DNA from: Octopus sinensis
Lineage: Eukaryota
Assembly: GCF_006345805.1 (NCBI RefSeq)
Contig: NC_042998.1
Location: 100,192,001 to 100,256,000, forward strand
Direction of reading: 5' to 3'
Length of the DNA: 64,000 nucleotides
The notes under the pieces are model-generated. The model had not been told where the DNA came from. It searched no databases and saw only the letters and a list, made by a program, of their open reading frames with translations. Every line of letters starts with the position of its first letter. The stretch's first letter is position 1. A program made the position numbers and the translations under genes. This document shows positions 28,437-40,873 of the stretch, piece after piece.

Positions 28437-30363
28437 CATCACAACTTAATGCTGTAAATTTTTGAAACCCCATATCAGTTATGATAAACTGTCATACTGA
28501 AAGGTATTCCAGTTGTGAACAACCAGTCATTTGCTCCAGGTATTGTATCTAAGACTCACATTATGCAATGTACCCTTACTGTTTAAAGACAAAAATTTAA
28601 GTGAGATTTGGCTACTGTTTGAGGTATGCCCACATACAGGCTCCTGTGTTGCCTTGTCATGTCACTGGGGTAGAATCACGACTATGAATGTGGTATGTTA
28701 TACCACTTTTTAAAGTTACGACTACTGACTACTCACAACTCCCTTTGGTCGAGTCAAGTTTTGCATTCATTTTCCCATGCTTGCATTAGTGACATGGTTT
28801 ATTTATTAGTGCAATTATTTATTACGGTCTGTTGCCTTTTCTATTACTAATGACTTAAACTGAGAAGTAAAGGTGGAACTGGTCAGTTATAAGCATAAGA
28901 TATCTTACTTCAACAGAATGACAAAAGTAAACTTATTAAGTGCTTAATAATCTCATGATCACTGAATTCATTACTGGTGGCACATGAAAGACACCCAGCA
29001 TACTCTGCTAAGTGGTTGATGTTAGGAAGGACATCCAGCTGTAGAAATTGTGTCACAACAGACAGTTGGAGTCTGGACAGCTCAGCTAGCCAGCTCCACA
29101 TCAAACTGTCCAACCCATGCCAGAATGGAGAGCAGACTTCAAATGATGATGGTGGTAATTCTTTTTACATCAAGGATACATTATAGGAATTCTTCAGTAT
29201 TTAACTAGTACTTTATTTCAATGAGCCAAGAAGGATGATAGGCAAAAATAATCAACCTTGTGTAGGGATTTGAACTCCGACATAATTAACCATAATTACC
29301 AACTAGTATTCTCTGATATCCATTCACCAATTCTGCCAATTCCCCACCTGTAAGAGTTGAACTAATGTACTAGGTCAATGTTTGTCAGGGGAGGTGCCTG
29401 TGAGAATTCAAAGAAGTAGATAAATCGCTATGTTTAATATGTTTAACAAAGTTACAATGTTTTTAAACTTTTATAATTTTTCCAATTCCATGTTAAATCT
29501 TATATGGATACAAACAATTATGGTTTCTCATTAATAAAGAAATAAATGAGTCAAAAAATTTCCTTACTATCCTGGTGTATGTGTGGGAGGGACTGGTATT
29601 TATCAGTAGGAGACCACAAAAGATAGACAACTACATGAATCCAGTGGTATTGTCATAATAACCCAAGTCAGTAATTTAGCAAGTATATATTAGATAGGAT
29701 GACCTAGGTTAATAGTACACAGTCATGTGATGTATATTAAAGAGATCTAGGTTAAATGAAGAGGAGTTTACATTGCTAATGAGAACCATCTTCATCATTA
29801 CAGTAAACATTGTCACAGTAACTTCAACATTCTGCCACTCCTCCTTGCATTCATTTACCAGAAGGCTTTACCTGAAACATTAGATATGTTTTTCATACAA
29901 GGCACACATTTTTTGCTTTTTACAGAGTTCACTCTTGGTGATAAAGTTGATTATTGGTTTTCTTAAATTCTAGAGATTATCTTTAATTATTAAAATTTAA
30001 CTGAAGCCAACATTGATGCTGCTGTTGTTGCTTAGCCCAGATCATCCCTAATCTAGGAGACCTATGATTTTAATCAGTCATTTAGCATAAAAACTACAAC
30101 CTGGTTCTTGGATGCTTTCAGTAGAACCCATTCTGCTGAAAAACACTTGAATCAAATCTGAGAGAGCTAAATATCTTGGTTGGCTGCTTTCTATAACTGC
30201 AACTCAGACTGCGATTTCTCTTCCTTACCCACCAAGCTCAGAGGCTCTGCAAAGGTCTCTTCTTCCTCTAAGTAAGCCAGAAAAAGGCCTCACAGTTGTG
30301 GCTAATCCAGTATACCAAACTCAGACAGGGCATCTAGGACCACATTGCCCAATATGTCCTTCT

Positions 30364-30590
30364 TTAACCCTTTAGTATTTAAACCGGCCATATCCGGCCA
30401 AAATAGTTAATCTGTTTTATGTTCAAACTGTCCAGATCCAGGCTCTCACGCCTACCCTACAATGTTATTCTACATTAGGTAATTACACCATCAAGATCTT
30501 GAAGATATGAGATAATGCATGATTAATTGAAATCAATGTGAATCAATTAGCATTATGTTTGATAGAATAAGCAGAACACTAAAGGGTTAA
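30364..30590 (+). mobile_element. piggyBac-like MITE copy
   Basis: ttaaccctttagtatttaaaccggcc...cactaaagggttaa; TTAA at both ends. Confidence 0.75.
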
Positions 30591-32504
30591 AGAGTGGAAT
30601 GATGTTTGGTCGAGACTTCGGTACTATTTCTAGTAGAGTAAAAAATTAAACATTAAGGAATTGGATAGAGTCAGTTGACTGACCCCCACTTCATTCACCT
30701 TAATACATACGGGATACTTATGTTAGAAACTCTAGTTGGATAAAGAGTAAAAACTGACCATAGTAGCATAAACCAACAAAACTAAAAAACAGAGAGCAAC
30801 ATAATATGCTTGATTTTAAAGTATAGATAATGCTTTTGTAAAGAAGTGTGATGCTGGGACAATGCAAAAGATGCAAAGGAAAAGATTCATTTCAATGGCT
30901 TTCTTCTGCCCTTTGGGGGGACTCAAATGCAACAGTGCAAGCCAGTATAGCAGTCCTAAAATATGCATTTCTCTCATTGCTTACAGGAGGTAACTGTAAT
31001 TATCTAGAACACCTAAGTTACATCTAGGTGAGCCAGGCAGTTGAACTAAGCATCTTTGACATAGTCACACTCAAGTGTTAAGGGTGTTTGCATGAATAAT
31101 AAGATTCTTCAGTCTATTAGCCAACAGCTAACAGACTACAGAATCCTGTTGATTCAGCTAGTTGCAATTCTTTTAGTTAACAGTAAAAATAACTGAACAC
31201 AACCAGTGTTTACAAATATGAAAATAGCATGAAGTGTGTATCCTGCTGTTCTGATTTAAATAAATAAGTCTCCTTTGAAGGCAACACAAATATATTATTA
31301 TGATTGGTGTTGTTTTTAAGTATCACCACTCAGCAGTCTTATGGTATGAATGTAGTCAATGAAATGAGTAAGAAAATGTCACAGATCTAAGATACTAGAT
31401 ACACAGTTTGTCTATATATGAGTTTGGGGTAAAATTCAGCATCTGGTCAACATCAGAGCTCTAACTTCACCTTTTTATTTACTAAAATTATAACGCAAAA
31501 TTTGTGCTTCTAATTTTAAATTTGTTGCAGAGTATTTGGCAGTTACTATGAGCAAATCAACTTACAGTAACATCGTTAATGTGTTAATTTGGAAAATTGA
31601 CATGATAATTTGAGCAAATTAAGAGACTGTAGGCTGAAGTAAATAGGCACAGTAACCAAGTAGATTTCTACTTTCAAGATTATGAACATTTTTAAGGCAT
31701 AGTCAAAATAAGAAAAGCGTAAATGGTGCTACATAAAAAAATACTGGTGATAGTTTCAAATAAAAAGCACTCGGTACACACTATAAAGTAGTTAGCATTA
31801 GGATCAGCATCCAGCTATAGAAACAAGGCCAAAGCAGACTATGAAACCTGGTGCAGACCCTGGCTTTGCCAGCTCCTATCAAGCCATCCAACCCATGCCA
31901 ACATTGAAAATGGACATTGAATAATGATGACAATAGTACAGTGTTTTCTGACTTTACAAATTGGTAGGGTACAGAGAGGAAAAAAAACCCTGAATCATTA
32001 ATTTGATTCTTCTAAGTAACAATTTGGTAAATTTGTTGAGTGTTGGATAGATTGCCTTGCAGAATTAGTTGTTTCCTGAAAGAAATTTAGAGAAAGTAAG
32101 GGTTGTTGCCAGGTTTTAAAATGTCCAATACACACTGTGTTACGGCAGTGCTCTTATGATTCAGTCAGGTACGGAAGATCCAAGACAAGTAGTGCAGTGT
32201 CAACAAGTTAATGTACTATAACATTTAAAATATTACAAACCTCAGTGAAGTGCTTGCATTAAGCAATTAAAAAAAAAAACCCACTATTTAGAAGAGCTTT
32301 AAATAGAACTATAATGAATTTATCAAAAACATTTTTTTCTTTTTCAGGTTTTGCAGAATTGTGTGTGTGTGTGAATAAAACAGATGGCTTAAAATTGTAC
32401 CACATTTTGCTCCTATGCTAGTCACATTCACCTGCTAGCTTTAACCAAAGCAAGTCGGAATTAAGTTTCATTATCTTTAATCCACAATATCAGGGACATT
32501 TTAA

Positions 32505-32810
32505 CTTATTTTTTATTTGCTTCAGTCATTGGACTACGGCTATGCCAAAGGATTTAGTCAAATAAATTAACTCCACTACTTATTCTATCGGTCTTCTTTT
32601 GCCAAACTGCTAAGTAATGGAGACGTAAACAAACCAACAACCATGGTCATGTAGTAGCGGGAGACACAGATATATCTGATAGGCTTCTTTCAGTTCTCTT
32701 CTATCAAAACTACTCACAAGGTTTTGATCAGCCCAGGGCTATAGTAGAAGACACTTGCTCAAAGTATCACACAGTCGGAAAGCAAACTTCTTACCACACA
32801 GCCATACATG
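32505..32810 (+). mobile_element. Family A repeat copy
   Basis: cttcagtcattggactacgg...tattctatcggtc...gctatagtagaagacacttgc...cttaccacacagcc. Confidence 0.65.
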
Positions 32811-33607
32811 TGTCTAAGGTAATGACACACACACACATCATAATTACTATATGGAGAATAAACAGTTTTTCTTACAGTTTCTTACTTAAACTTTTAAGTT
32901 TTAAGTGCTTTTAGCATCAAAATAGCTACTTTCTCTAATCTGCACACTGAAACAGGTCTCTCCTTTTCACGTCACCTTTTAAATAATGCGTATGTCCTTT
33001 CACTTACAAAGAAAGGACACTAAACCAACATTCTATCTTACATATTTAAAACTCCACTCACTAATTATCAAACAATCACACCTAAAATGATACATGCATA
33101 AAAAAAAAAGTTATCTATCTTGCATCATGAAGTTCATTCTGTCTCTTTTTACAACAGTCCCTGTGAACCAAAGAGGCTTCTATGCCAACACTCAATCTGC
33201 TAGAAATAGGAGCAAAATCTTCATCAAACCACATCCTTTTATCATAAAAGGAGATAGTTAAGAGATATATATTTTCAGACAAAAGAAAAAACTTTTAAAT
33301 AAAAAGACAGGATGGCCACAATTGAAATGCCTTCAATTGCATAGGCTACTCAAATATGGCTTATCTGGGGTAAAGCAACATGAACACCCATTGTCTGAAC
33401 TCTTCTAAACTTGTTGACATATCTCTCATCCACATAAACACACACCTAAAATAAACTCCCACCAGCTGTAATAAGTCAACAAATCCTATCCACGCCCTAC
33501 AAAATACTGGTCCTTCTTTCTCATTGTTTCAAATTAGCCATTAACTATCTTTATCCTATTATCTATGAGGACCACCTTATACATATATATAAAGGGGTGC
33601 AGCTGAT

Positions 33608-33877
33608 ACGATCAACGGAACTTGCTCGTGGAATTAACGTGCAAGTGGCTGAGCAATCCACAGGCATGTGTACTCCTAACGTAGTTCTCAGGGAGATTCA
33701 ACGTGACACAGAGTGGCCCTTTGAAATACAGGTACAACTCATTTTTGCCAGTTGAGTGGACTGGAGCAACGTGAAATAAAGTGTCTTGCTCAAGGACACA
33801 ACGCATCGCTGGGAATTGAACTTACGACCTTATAATCGTGAGTCGAATACCCTAATCACTAAGCCACGCGCCTTCAC
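33608..33877 (-). mobile_element. tRNA-derived SINE with Pol III A and B boxes
   Basis: Minus strand: A-box-like tggcttagtga (33866-33856), B-box gttcaattcc (33821-33812), then gtgtccttgagcaagacact, a central segment I recall from many SINEs. Confidence 0.75.
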
Positions 33878-34917
33878 ACACACACATGGCCAATAACATT
33901 TCTCCTCTAACAACACACAACGAAAATAAATAATTAAAAGATAATTTCCAAACTTTAACACAAGCCACATTCATCCTGACAGGACGTTCACATTCTGTAA
34001 GAAAGTGTATTTATTCCAATGTATTCAAAAATGCTTTACAAGTGAGTGGGGTGAGTGAATGTGTGTAGCGTTATATGAGGCTGTTTCGGGGTATTACACC
34101 CGAGACAATATATTGAGTTAGCGAATATTTCCAGCACCCACCACCACATTACCTGGCATCAAAATAAACCAACGTGAGAATCATTACGTGGTCGCAGAGT
34201 CTACTGGAAATACCAGCCAAATCTTACTTAGTCACACTATACTCTCTGAACAAACTAAAACAAATTGCACAGATGTAAATTGAAAGGTTGACAAATAATA
34301 ATAATAATAATCGATAAAGCTTGTCAACAGTCGATACTATAGGTATTGATTATAAAATGTAGCTGATTTAATTTTAATGCTTTTGTTGACGGAGTTTTGG
34401 GGATAGCAGCCACTCTTAGTTCTATATAGTTCGCGGGGAAGAGGAAAAAATAAAAGTCACCTCTCCCCACCTCATTAATTTTTAATATTCCTCGGATAAC
34501 GGAAAAAAAGGAGAGAGAAAGAAAAAAAGAAAAAGAAATTAGCATTCCTTCAATATTGATCGAAATCGGTATGAGACGACGTCATTCACTTTCTATTTCA
34601 GCCTAGCCTTTTCATCTGTCATGATGAAGGGCTGTGTGGGTGTGTATGACGTCGTGTATCATCAAAGGATTGCCAAAAAGGCAATGTTTCGTTTATTTCA
34701 GTTTTTACATTTTACGCTACACTTCCGTACTCTTTTCCTTTTCCGTGAAGTATGGGACTTCGAAGAATAGTTGTTCCGAAAGCCCATTTATTACGAGAAG
34801 CGTAAAAGAAAACAAACAAAAAAAATCAACTTTGGTATACAGTATGATGGTCATGGTTAAAATGCATCTGATTCTAAGAGGTCAGCACAATAAGAGGTAA
34901 CGCCAAAGAATACTTAC

Positions 34918-35065
34918 ACCACCCGTTTTCGGCGTAACAAAAACTCTTAAGTCTTGCTCCTAACCCTAAACACCGGGTGTGCGTATTCTTTACTTTCGCC
35001 CGCAAAGCCAAACAAACAACAGCAACTGACATTAAAAAGCAGAACGATAAATAAAACAAAACCAT
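34918..35065 (-). CDS. Candidate alternative first coding exon: MVLFYLSFCFLMSVAVVCLALRAKVKNTHTRCLGLGARLKSFCYAENGW, phase 1
   Basis: gacATGg start with in-frame TAG upstream (35110-35108); donor t|gtaagt at 34917. Phase 1 matches the 12110 acceptor. Lies in the CpG-rich zone. No transcript evidence available. Confidence 0.4.
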
Positions 35066-35545
35066 GTCCAAATTCACAAATAACTGAAATGGTTTACAAT
35101 AACAGCACTAAGCAATAAAAAAAAAAATTAAAAAAAACTTCGTTAACAAAATGTGTTATGTTTGAAACACTAAACGACATTGCAGTAAGTGTATACGAGT
35201 GATATTGTCAACTTGGTATGCTGAAGACACAACGTGTGCAACAGTGTGTGTGTGTATGTGTGCAACAATGAGCGGTATGTATGTACATACAAGCTCGCAC
35301 GATAAAACAAAACAGTTTGTTACGCATGACACCACTTCTGTAGGTCAGTCAGCAAGCACATCACTAGGTAAATAACAGAAATGTAAGAATGTCATGCGAA
35401 GGGGGGAGTGGGGAGTGCGTGTTCGGAAAAAAAAGAGACGCAGCTATCTTTGTACATATTTGTTTTGGACGATATATAAAAAAAAATCTGCGTTCAATCT
35501 ATTTCCTTCAAACAGACATTACTGCGAGAGCTTTAATTAATATTA

Positions 35546-35670
35546 ATTATTTATCGAGCAGTGATCCATGTAAAAAGGTGAAAGGTGCACTATGAAGCGA
35601 ATGTGTGCATCACATTCGCTTCGTAGTGCACCTTTCACCTTTTTACATGGATCACTGCTCGATAAATAAT
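35546..35670. repeat. Near-perfect inverted repeat: 60-bp arms, 5-nt loop
   Basis: 35546-35605 is the reverse complement of 35611-35670 except T35593/G35623; loop tgcat. Confidence 0.97.
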
Positions 35671-35873
35671 AAATACACTGTACGTTCAAACACAAAAGAG
35701 ACACCCGAAGAATAGGATATCTGACTCGCTAGAAAGAGCAGTTAAAACTCCAAGCCACTAATTGTTGTAATTCCGAAAGTGATTGGAAAATAAAAACTTT
35801 TACCTTAATCATAGACCCTGCCACTGGTAACTAAGAATTTTTCGATGAATATTCTTGCTACCCTAAGATTTTA

Positions 35874-35909
<36 letters not shown>

Positions 35910-36724
35910 CTAGCTGTGTGCCTGTCATTCTAGTTGTCTCTACATACACACAAAGTTACTTAAAACATTCACTAAACTGTCGTAATAATGAATAAAGAAA
36001 TTCTGCAAATAGTTTTACTCCTTTATTTATCAAGTGTTGAGTCAAAAATGTTTATCGTTATCACCATGAGCATTACTAAAATGGGCTGGAGGGATGTAAT
36101 GAAAGTAACAGCCAAGTGCCAAACTAAATTACCTTGCGGTATACCTAGTTCAGCCTTTGATCTCGATCTCTCGTGTTCAAATCCCACCTGGCTTAACAGT
36201 GCCTCTTCTCCTCCCCAGGAGTCGACTTGAAATAAGTATGCTATGACTGTACGTTCCACCACCTACAGAAGTCATCATCACCATCAGTAGTAGTGTCATA
36301 TTCCTGATAATGATGTACATTATAGGCCCCCACCCAAACACACGTGTGTGTATGTGTGTTTCAACATGACGTTTCTCTTACCCATAACGAAACATTGCCG
36401 ATATTTCAAACAAACCTACACAGTAAAAAATAATAACGACTGTCAAATGAGACAAATGAACCAGTTATCTTTCTAGCAATAAAAACAAAAACTTACAATA
36501 AAGTAAAGTTATGGGTAAAAAAATGCATTTATAGAAAAGATGAAAAGAATCCAGCAAATATCCAGACTCAATCTTCAATACCTCAACGATAATGGGCAAT
36601 ATATAAGAAATTTTAAATTTAAATTTTTTAATTTTATATTATTTGTATATTATATTAATTATATTTTTATGTTTTGGTTTATGTTTTTCACTGTATGATT
36701 TGACCAATAGTGGTTTTATCTCTA

Positions 36725-36762
<38 letters not shown>

Positions 36763-37244
36763 AGAGAATCAGTTTTCGTTATTATAATAGGGCCCGTCTA
36801 AAAATGAACGTTCTTATGATAATGAAGTCGGATAGTGTTAGGGACAGTGTCAATAAGGGTACAGTAGTTTAGAGAGAGGCGGGGTGAGATGAGGTCAGTG
36901 GTGTTAAAAGAGGGTTATCTGGAAAATAAAGCTGATAGGTACAAGAATAGCAACATGTCTGTCAATCCTTTCCTACTAGGTTCTCTCTTCTGTGTCACTG
37001 ACGGACGCAAAAAGAAATGCGGACACAAACACAAACACGTGAAAAAGGAAACATTCCAACTCATTCCTCTCACGTGGTTCAAAAGAATTTGAGAAGTCAT
37101 TCAAAGCACCTCGAGTTTTTGATTACTTTTAAATAGATATACATTACATGCCTAAATTTACGTGTTCTTAAATAACACACATAAACAATTAGAAAGATCG
37201 ACTATTTCAACGATTCAGTGTCCTCTCCTCCCTCATAATGACTA

Positions 37245-37515
37245 TAGACACAAAACCAGAAATTTTGGGGGGGTCAAGAGTATCTATTTCTTTACTACCC
37301 ACAAGGGGCTAAACATAGAGGGAAGAACAAGGGCAGACAAACGGATTAAGTCGATTATATCGACCCCAGTGCGTAACTGGTACTTAATTTATCGACCCCG
37401 AAAGGATGAAAGGCAAAGTCGACCTCGGCGGAATTTGAACTCAGAACGTAGCGGCAGACGAAATACGGCTACGTATTTCGCCCGGTTTGCTAACGTTTCT
37501 GCCAGCTCGCCGGCA
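37245..37515 (-). mobile_element. tRNA-like SINE (family C here), CpG-intact copy
   Basis: ggcgagctggcaga...gttctgagttcaaattccgccgaggtcgactttgcctttcatcctttcggggtcgataaattaagtaccag; decayed homologs at 13606, 14003, 58273 and 62010. Confidence 0.75.
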
Positions 37516-38350
37516 GAGTATCAGGGGGTCAAGAGTATCGATTACATCGATTTCGCTGTTCAAATAGTACTTATTCTATCGACCCCAAAAGATGAAAGAC
37601 AAAGTCAATCATCATATAATCTTTTTAAAATTCCAAATTTCATTGCGTGTGTGCCAACCACTTTTTCTCCCCCCACATTAAATTCCAATATAATCGTAAT
37701 TTACACCATCTGAAAACTATCTGTAGACAATTTCCTTGAAAAATACCAATTTTTCCAATAGTTAAGGGGGAAACAAAATCGACAAGTGTGCATCATCCGA
37801 AACTCTCCACAACAAACTTCGATATGATCGCAATCTACACTACCTGAAGGGTATTTGGAGAAAATATCATGAAAAAAATATTAATTTTTCTGAAAGTTAT
37901 GAGGAAACAAAATCGGTGTGTGTGTGTGGGAGGGGTACATTTGTGTAGGTGTGCCGATAATACTTGTCACAAAAAGCAACAAAAAAAAGTCGTTTAATAA
38001 TATTGGTCAACATTACTATTATGACTTTCATTACGACCCGAACGAAAAAGTATGAAGAGACTTGAACACAGCTTTCCTCATTTCCCAACTACTATATAAC
38101 TTTTTTTTTCTCCTGGAAAATTCAAGAGAGATTAAGAAAAAAAAAACGATATAAATACTGTCATTTCAATTCAAATAACGTATTTCAGAAATATGAAACT
38201 TTCAATATGAAGACCACTACAACACCAACAATAACAAACAATAATCACTTGTTGATAGAACGGGTGCGAAATTGAAGTTGATAAGTAGATGGGTGGCGAG
38301 TTTTAAAAACAAACCGTACGTACCGTGGTGATAAATGTTCGTCAACATTT

Positions 38351-38393
<43 letters not shown>

Positions 38394-40186
38394 GAAGAGT
38401 ATTCAATTAAGTTACTTCCATAGAGTGAACGGCGAGTGAAGTCGCGGTCAATGTGGTGTACTTCGAGATATGTATCTTATTTTTGTTTTGATAAAAACTT
38501 CAACTCAAACTTGGTAATTTTTCCTTTCCAAATAACGACAGCTCTGTCCGCATGATTAGTTGTATTATTTCAGGAAATACTCTACAAACTTTTGGTTACG
38601 ACTGTAAAAAAAGTTATCTAAAAGAAAACAGTAAGGGAACTAAACTAACTAGAGGAGAAGAAGAAGAAAAAGGGTGGCAGAGTAGAATAAGGTCCCGTTA
38701 ATGTAACTTTGGCTTCGTGCCATTATAACAGATAGAGAACGGGAGAGTGTAAAATATATATATTGAACATTTTTCCGCAACCTCGGCTTCCACCTTTCCT
38801 CTTAAAGTCGCTCACCAGCATTTATGTATCTCATCCCACTTCCACCGTTGCGAGTAACTAAATCCACGCATATATACACACAAGCTCATTCTCTCTTCTC
38901 TTCCTCTCTTTCAATCTCCTTTCCTTGCAGAGGCGAGACATAGGAGGAGAAGTCGGAGGAGGAAAAGTAGAGTGAGAAGGGTAGCATGCAGCAGAAGTAC
39001 CTACGGTATGCCGTTGGTACTTGTTGTTAACTTACGATGGCCTTACAGCTAACAAGTATGTCTGTATGAAAACGCTCAGCTAGCTTAGAAAGAATTTGAC
39101 AAGTAACATTTTTCCTATCATACTTCCATATTTTAGGGGAACCTTTTTCATTTTGTTTGAAAAAAAAAAAAGAAAAAGACAAATCTAAATGTCACTATAT
39201 AACTAACATTCACAGAGCTCTCTGTTCATTCCAGCAGGCAGTCAGTCAGCTTGCCTTACTGACTTTAATAATTGATTTTTCTTTTTTTTTTTTTCAATTT
39301 TTTTAATGGGTATTGCTGAGAAAGCGGTGTTTATATCTATGTAAACGAGTACACGCCCAAAACATGCCATATGCATCCAAAAGCGCACACACACACGCAC
39401 GCGCACACACACACACACACACACACACAGAATTTCGAATATTCAATAAATCATTAAGGACTAATTTCTTCAACAAATGTTTTACTTATCACCAACAGTT
39501 AGAATTTATATTATTTTTCTTCATTTATTAGCAAAATCAGTCTACAAAAGCCTATTGCCCCCAAAGACATAGTTTGCCGTTTTTGGGGGGTGGGGAACAT
39601 TAGAGTTACCAAAGAGGATTACAAGAAATACAAGGGGAGGTGCTGATAACTAAAAGAATGAGCACTTAAGTGAAGGAGGGCATGTGAATCTACGTGGGTG
39701 TAATCAATATTGCCCTTGATATATTACCATATTACTGCAGACTGGGGAATACGAGAAGGTTAGAAATTTTAAGTAAAAGAATGGGGAAAGCTGTTTAATA
39801 AGGGGTAAACTAGAAAACGACTAATCCAAGCATAAAATGTGTTTTTTGTGGTAGGATACAGACATGATTTACATGAAAGAAGTTTGTTCTAACGACTGAG
39901 TCAATTGTGGCAGAGTTTTCAAGTAGAAATGCTGTCTTAGACAACTCTACTGGAGTAGACTTCTTATGAGCTACCAAGAGAATATGTTATGCTACTCAAC
40001 ATGCTCATCAGAGTTGCTAAATCTCCAAAGTGGGAATATGATGACAGCGACAAAAAAAAAAGAAAAAAAAAAGTGCTACATTTAAAGTAAATTATATATC
40101 ATATGTAAACAGAGTAGTATTTCTTGACACAAAATGTAGTGGAAACAGTAAAAGATTGAAAATCTACATTTTGTGGGGAAACAATA

Positions 40187-40310
40187 TATAGATGTTTTCG
40201 ATATAGTTTGGATTCTTTGCCATCAAATTTGAATTCATTGCAACCAAATTTGATGGCAAAGAATTAAAATTTGATGGCAAAGAATCCAAACTAGATCGAA
40301 AACATCTATA
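40187..40310. repeat. Inverted repeat: 44-bp arms with a partial extra arm copy in the loop
   Basis: 40187-40230 vs 40267-40310 with one mismatch; aaatttgatggcaaagaat is repeated at 40246-40264. Confidence 0.93.
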
Positions 40311-40584
40311 AGAACAGTCAGAAGCTAAATATCTAGTTGTGAATTGGTCCTAATACAGATGAATGAGACACAAATGTTTTTTCGTGAAAACTGAGCAGCT
40401 TTAATCCCTAGTTGATTTATTTTACCAATGAATGAAGATTCCTTATGTTGAGTGAAATATTTAGGGGAAAGATACACATCAAATGGATTGGATTCAGTAT
40501 GTGGTTGAAACGTTTTTTTTTTTCTATCTCAGAAGGATGAAGAACAAATTTAATTTACGTTGTAGGATTTAAATTCAGAAATCG

Positions 40585-40873
40585 TTGTCGTGGCTGATGC
40601 CAGTGCCAGCTGACTGGTCCTGTGACGGTGGCACGTAGTACCATTCGAGTGTGGCTGATGCCAGTACCGCCTGACTGGCCCTCGTGCAGGTGGCACGTAA
40701 AAAGCACCCACTACATTCTCAGAGTGGTTGGCGTTAGGAAAGACATCCAGCTGTAGAAACATAGCTGGATCAGATTGGAGCCTGGTGCAGCCTTCTGGAG
40801 CACCAGCCTTCAGTCAAACTGTCCAACCTATGCCAGTATGGAAAGCAGACGTTAAACGACGATGATGATGATG
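40585..40873 (+). mobile_element. Family B copy
   Basis: aaaagcacccactacattctcagagtggttggcgttagg...gacgttaaacgacgatgatgatgatga. Confidence 0.75.

Larger units (their letters stand above)
33600..39440. promoter_or_regulatory. CpG-retaining intronic zone, probable internal promoter region
   Basis: By eye CG is frequent here and scarce in the flanks. SINE copies inside keep CpGs that show as TG/CA in copies elsewhere. TGACGTC near-CRE sites at 34578-34584 and 34647-34653; TCAGTT Inr-like motif at 35087-35082 (minus). Confidence 0.55.

Noticed and set aside
37162-37713. Longest ORF in the track (183 aa, plus strand)
   Set aside because: It runs antisense through a CpG-intact SINE copy; no recognisable domain.
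35344-39250. GTCAGTCAGC shared by both putative promoter areas (35344 and 39241)
   Set aside because: Only two 10-mer occurrences, and a similar string also occurs in a coding exon; not distinguishable from chance.
39242-39424. ORF ending near a gtaagg donor at 39259
   Set aside because: The ORF frame is phase 0, which does not fit the CUPID acceptor, and the phase-1 frame has a stop. At most a non-coding leader exon; unsupported.
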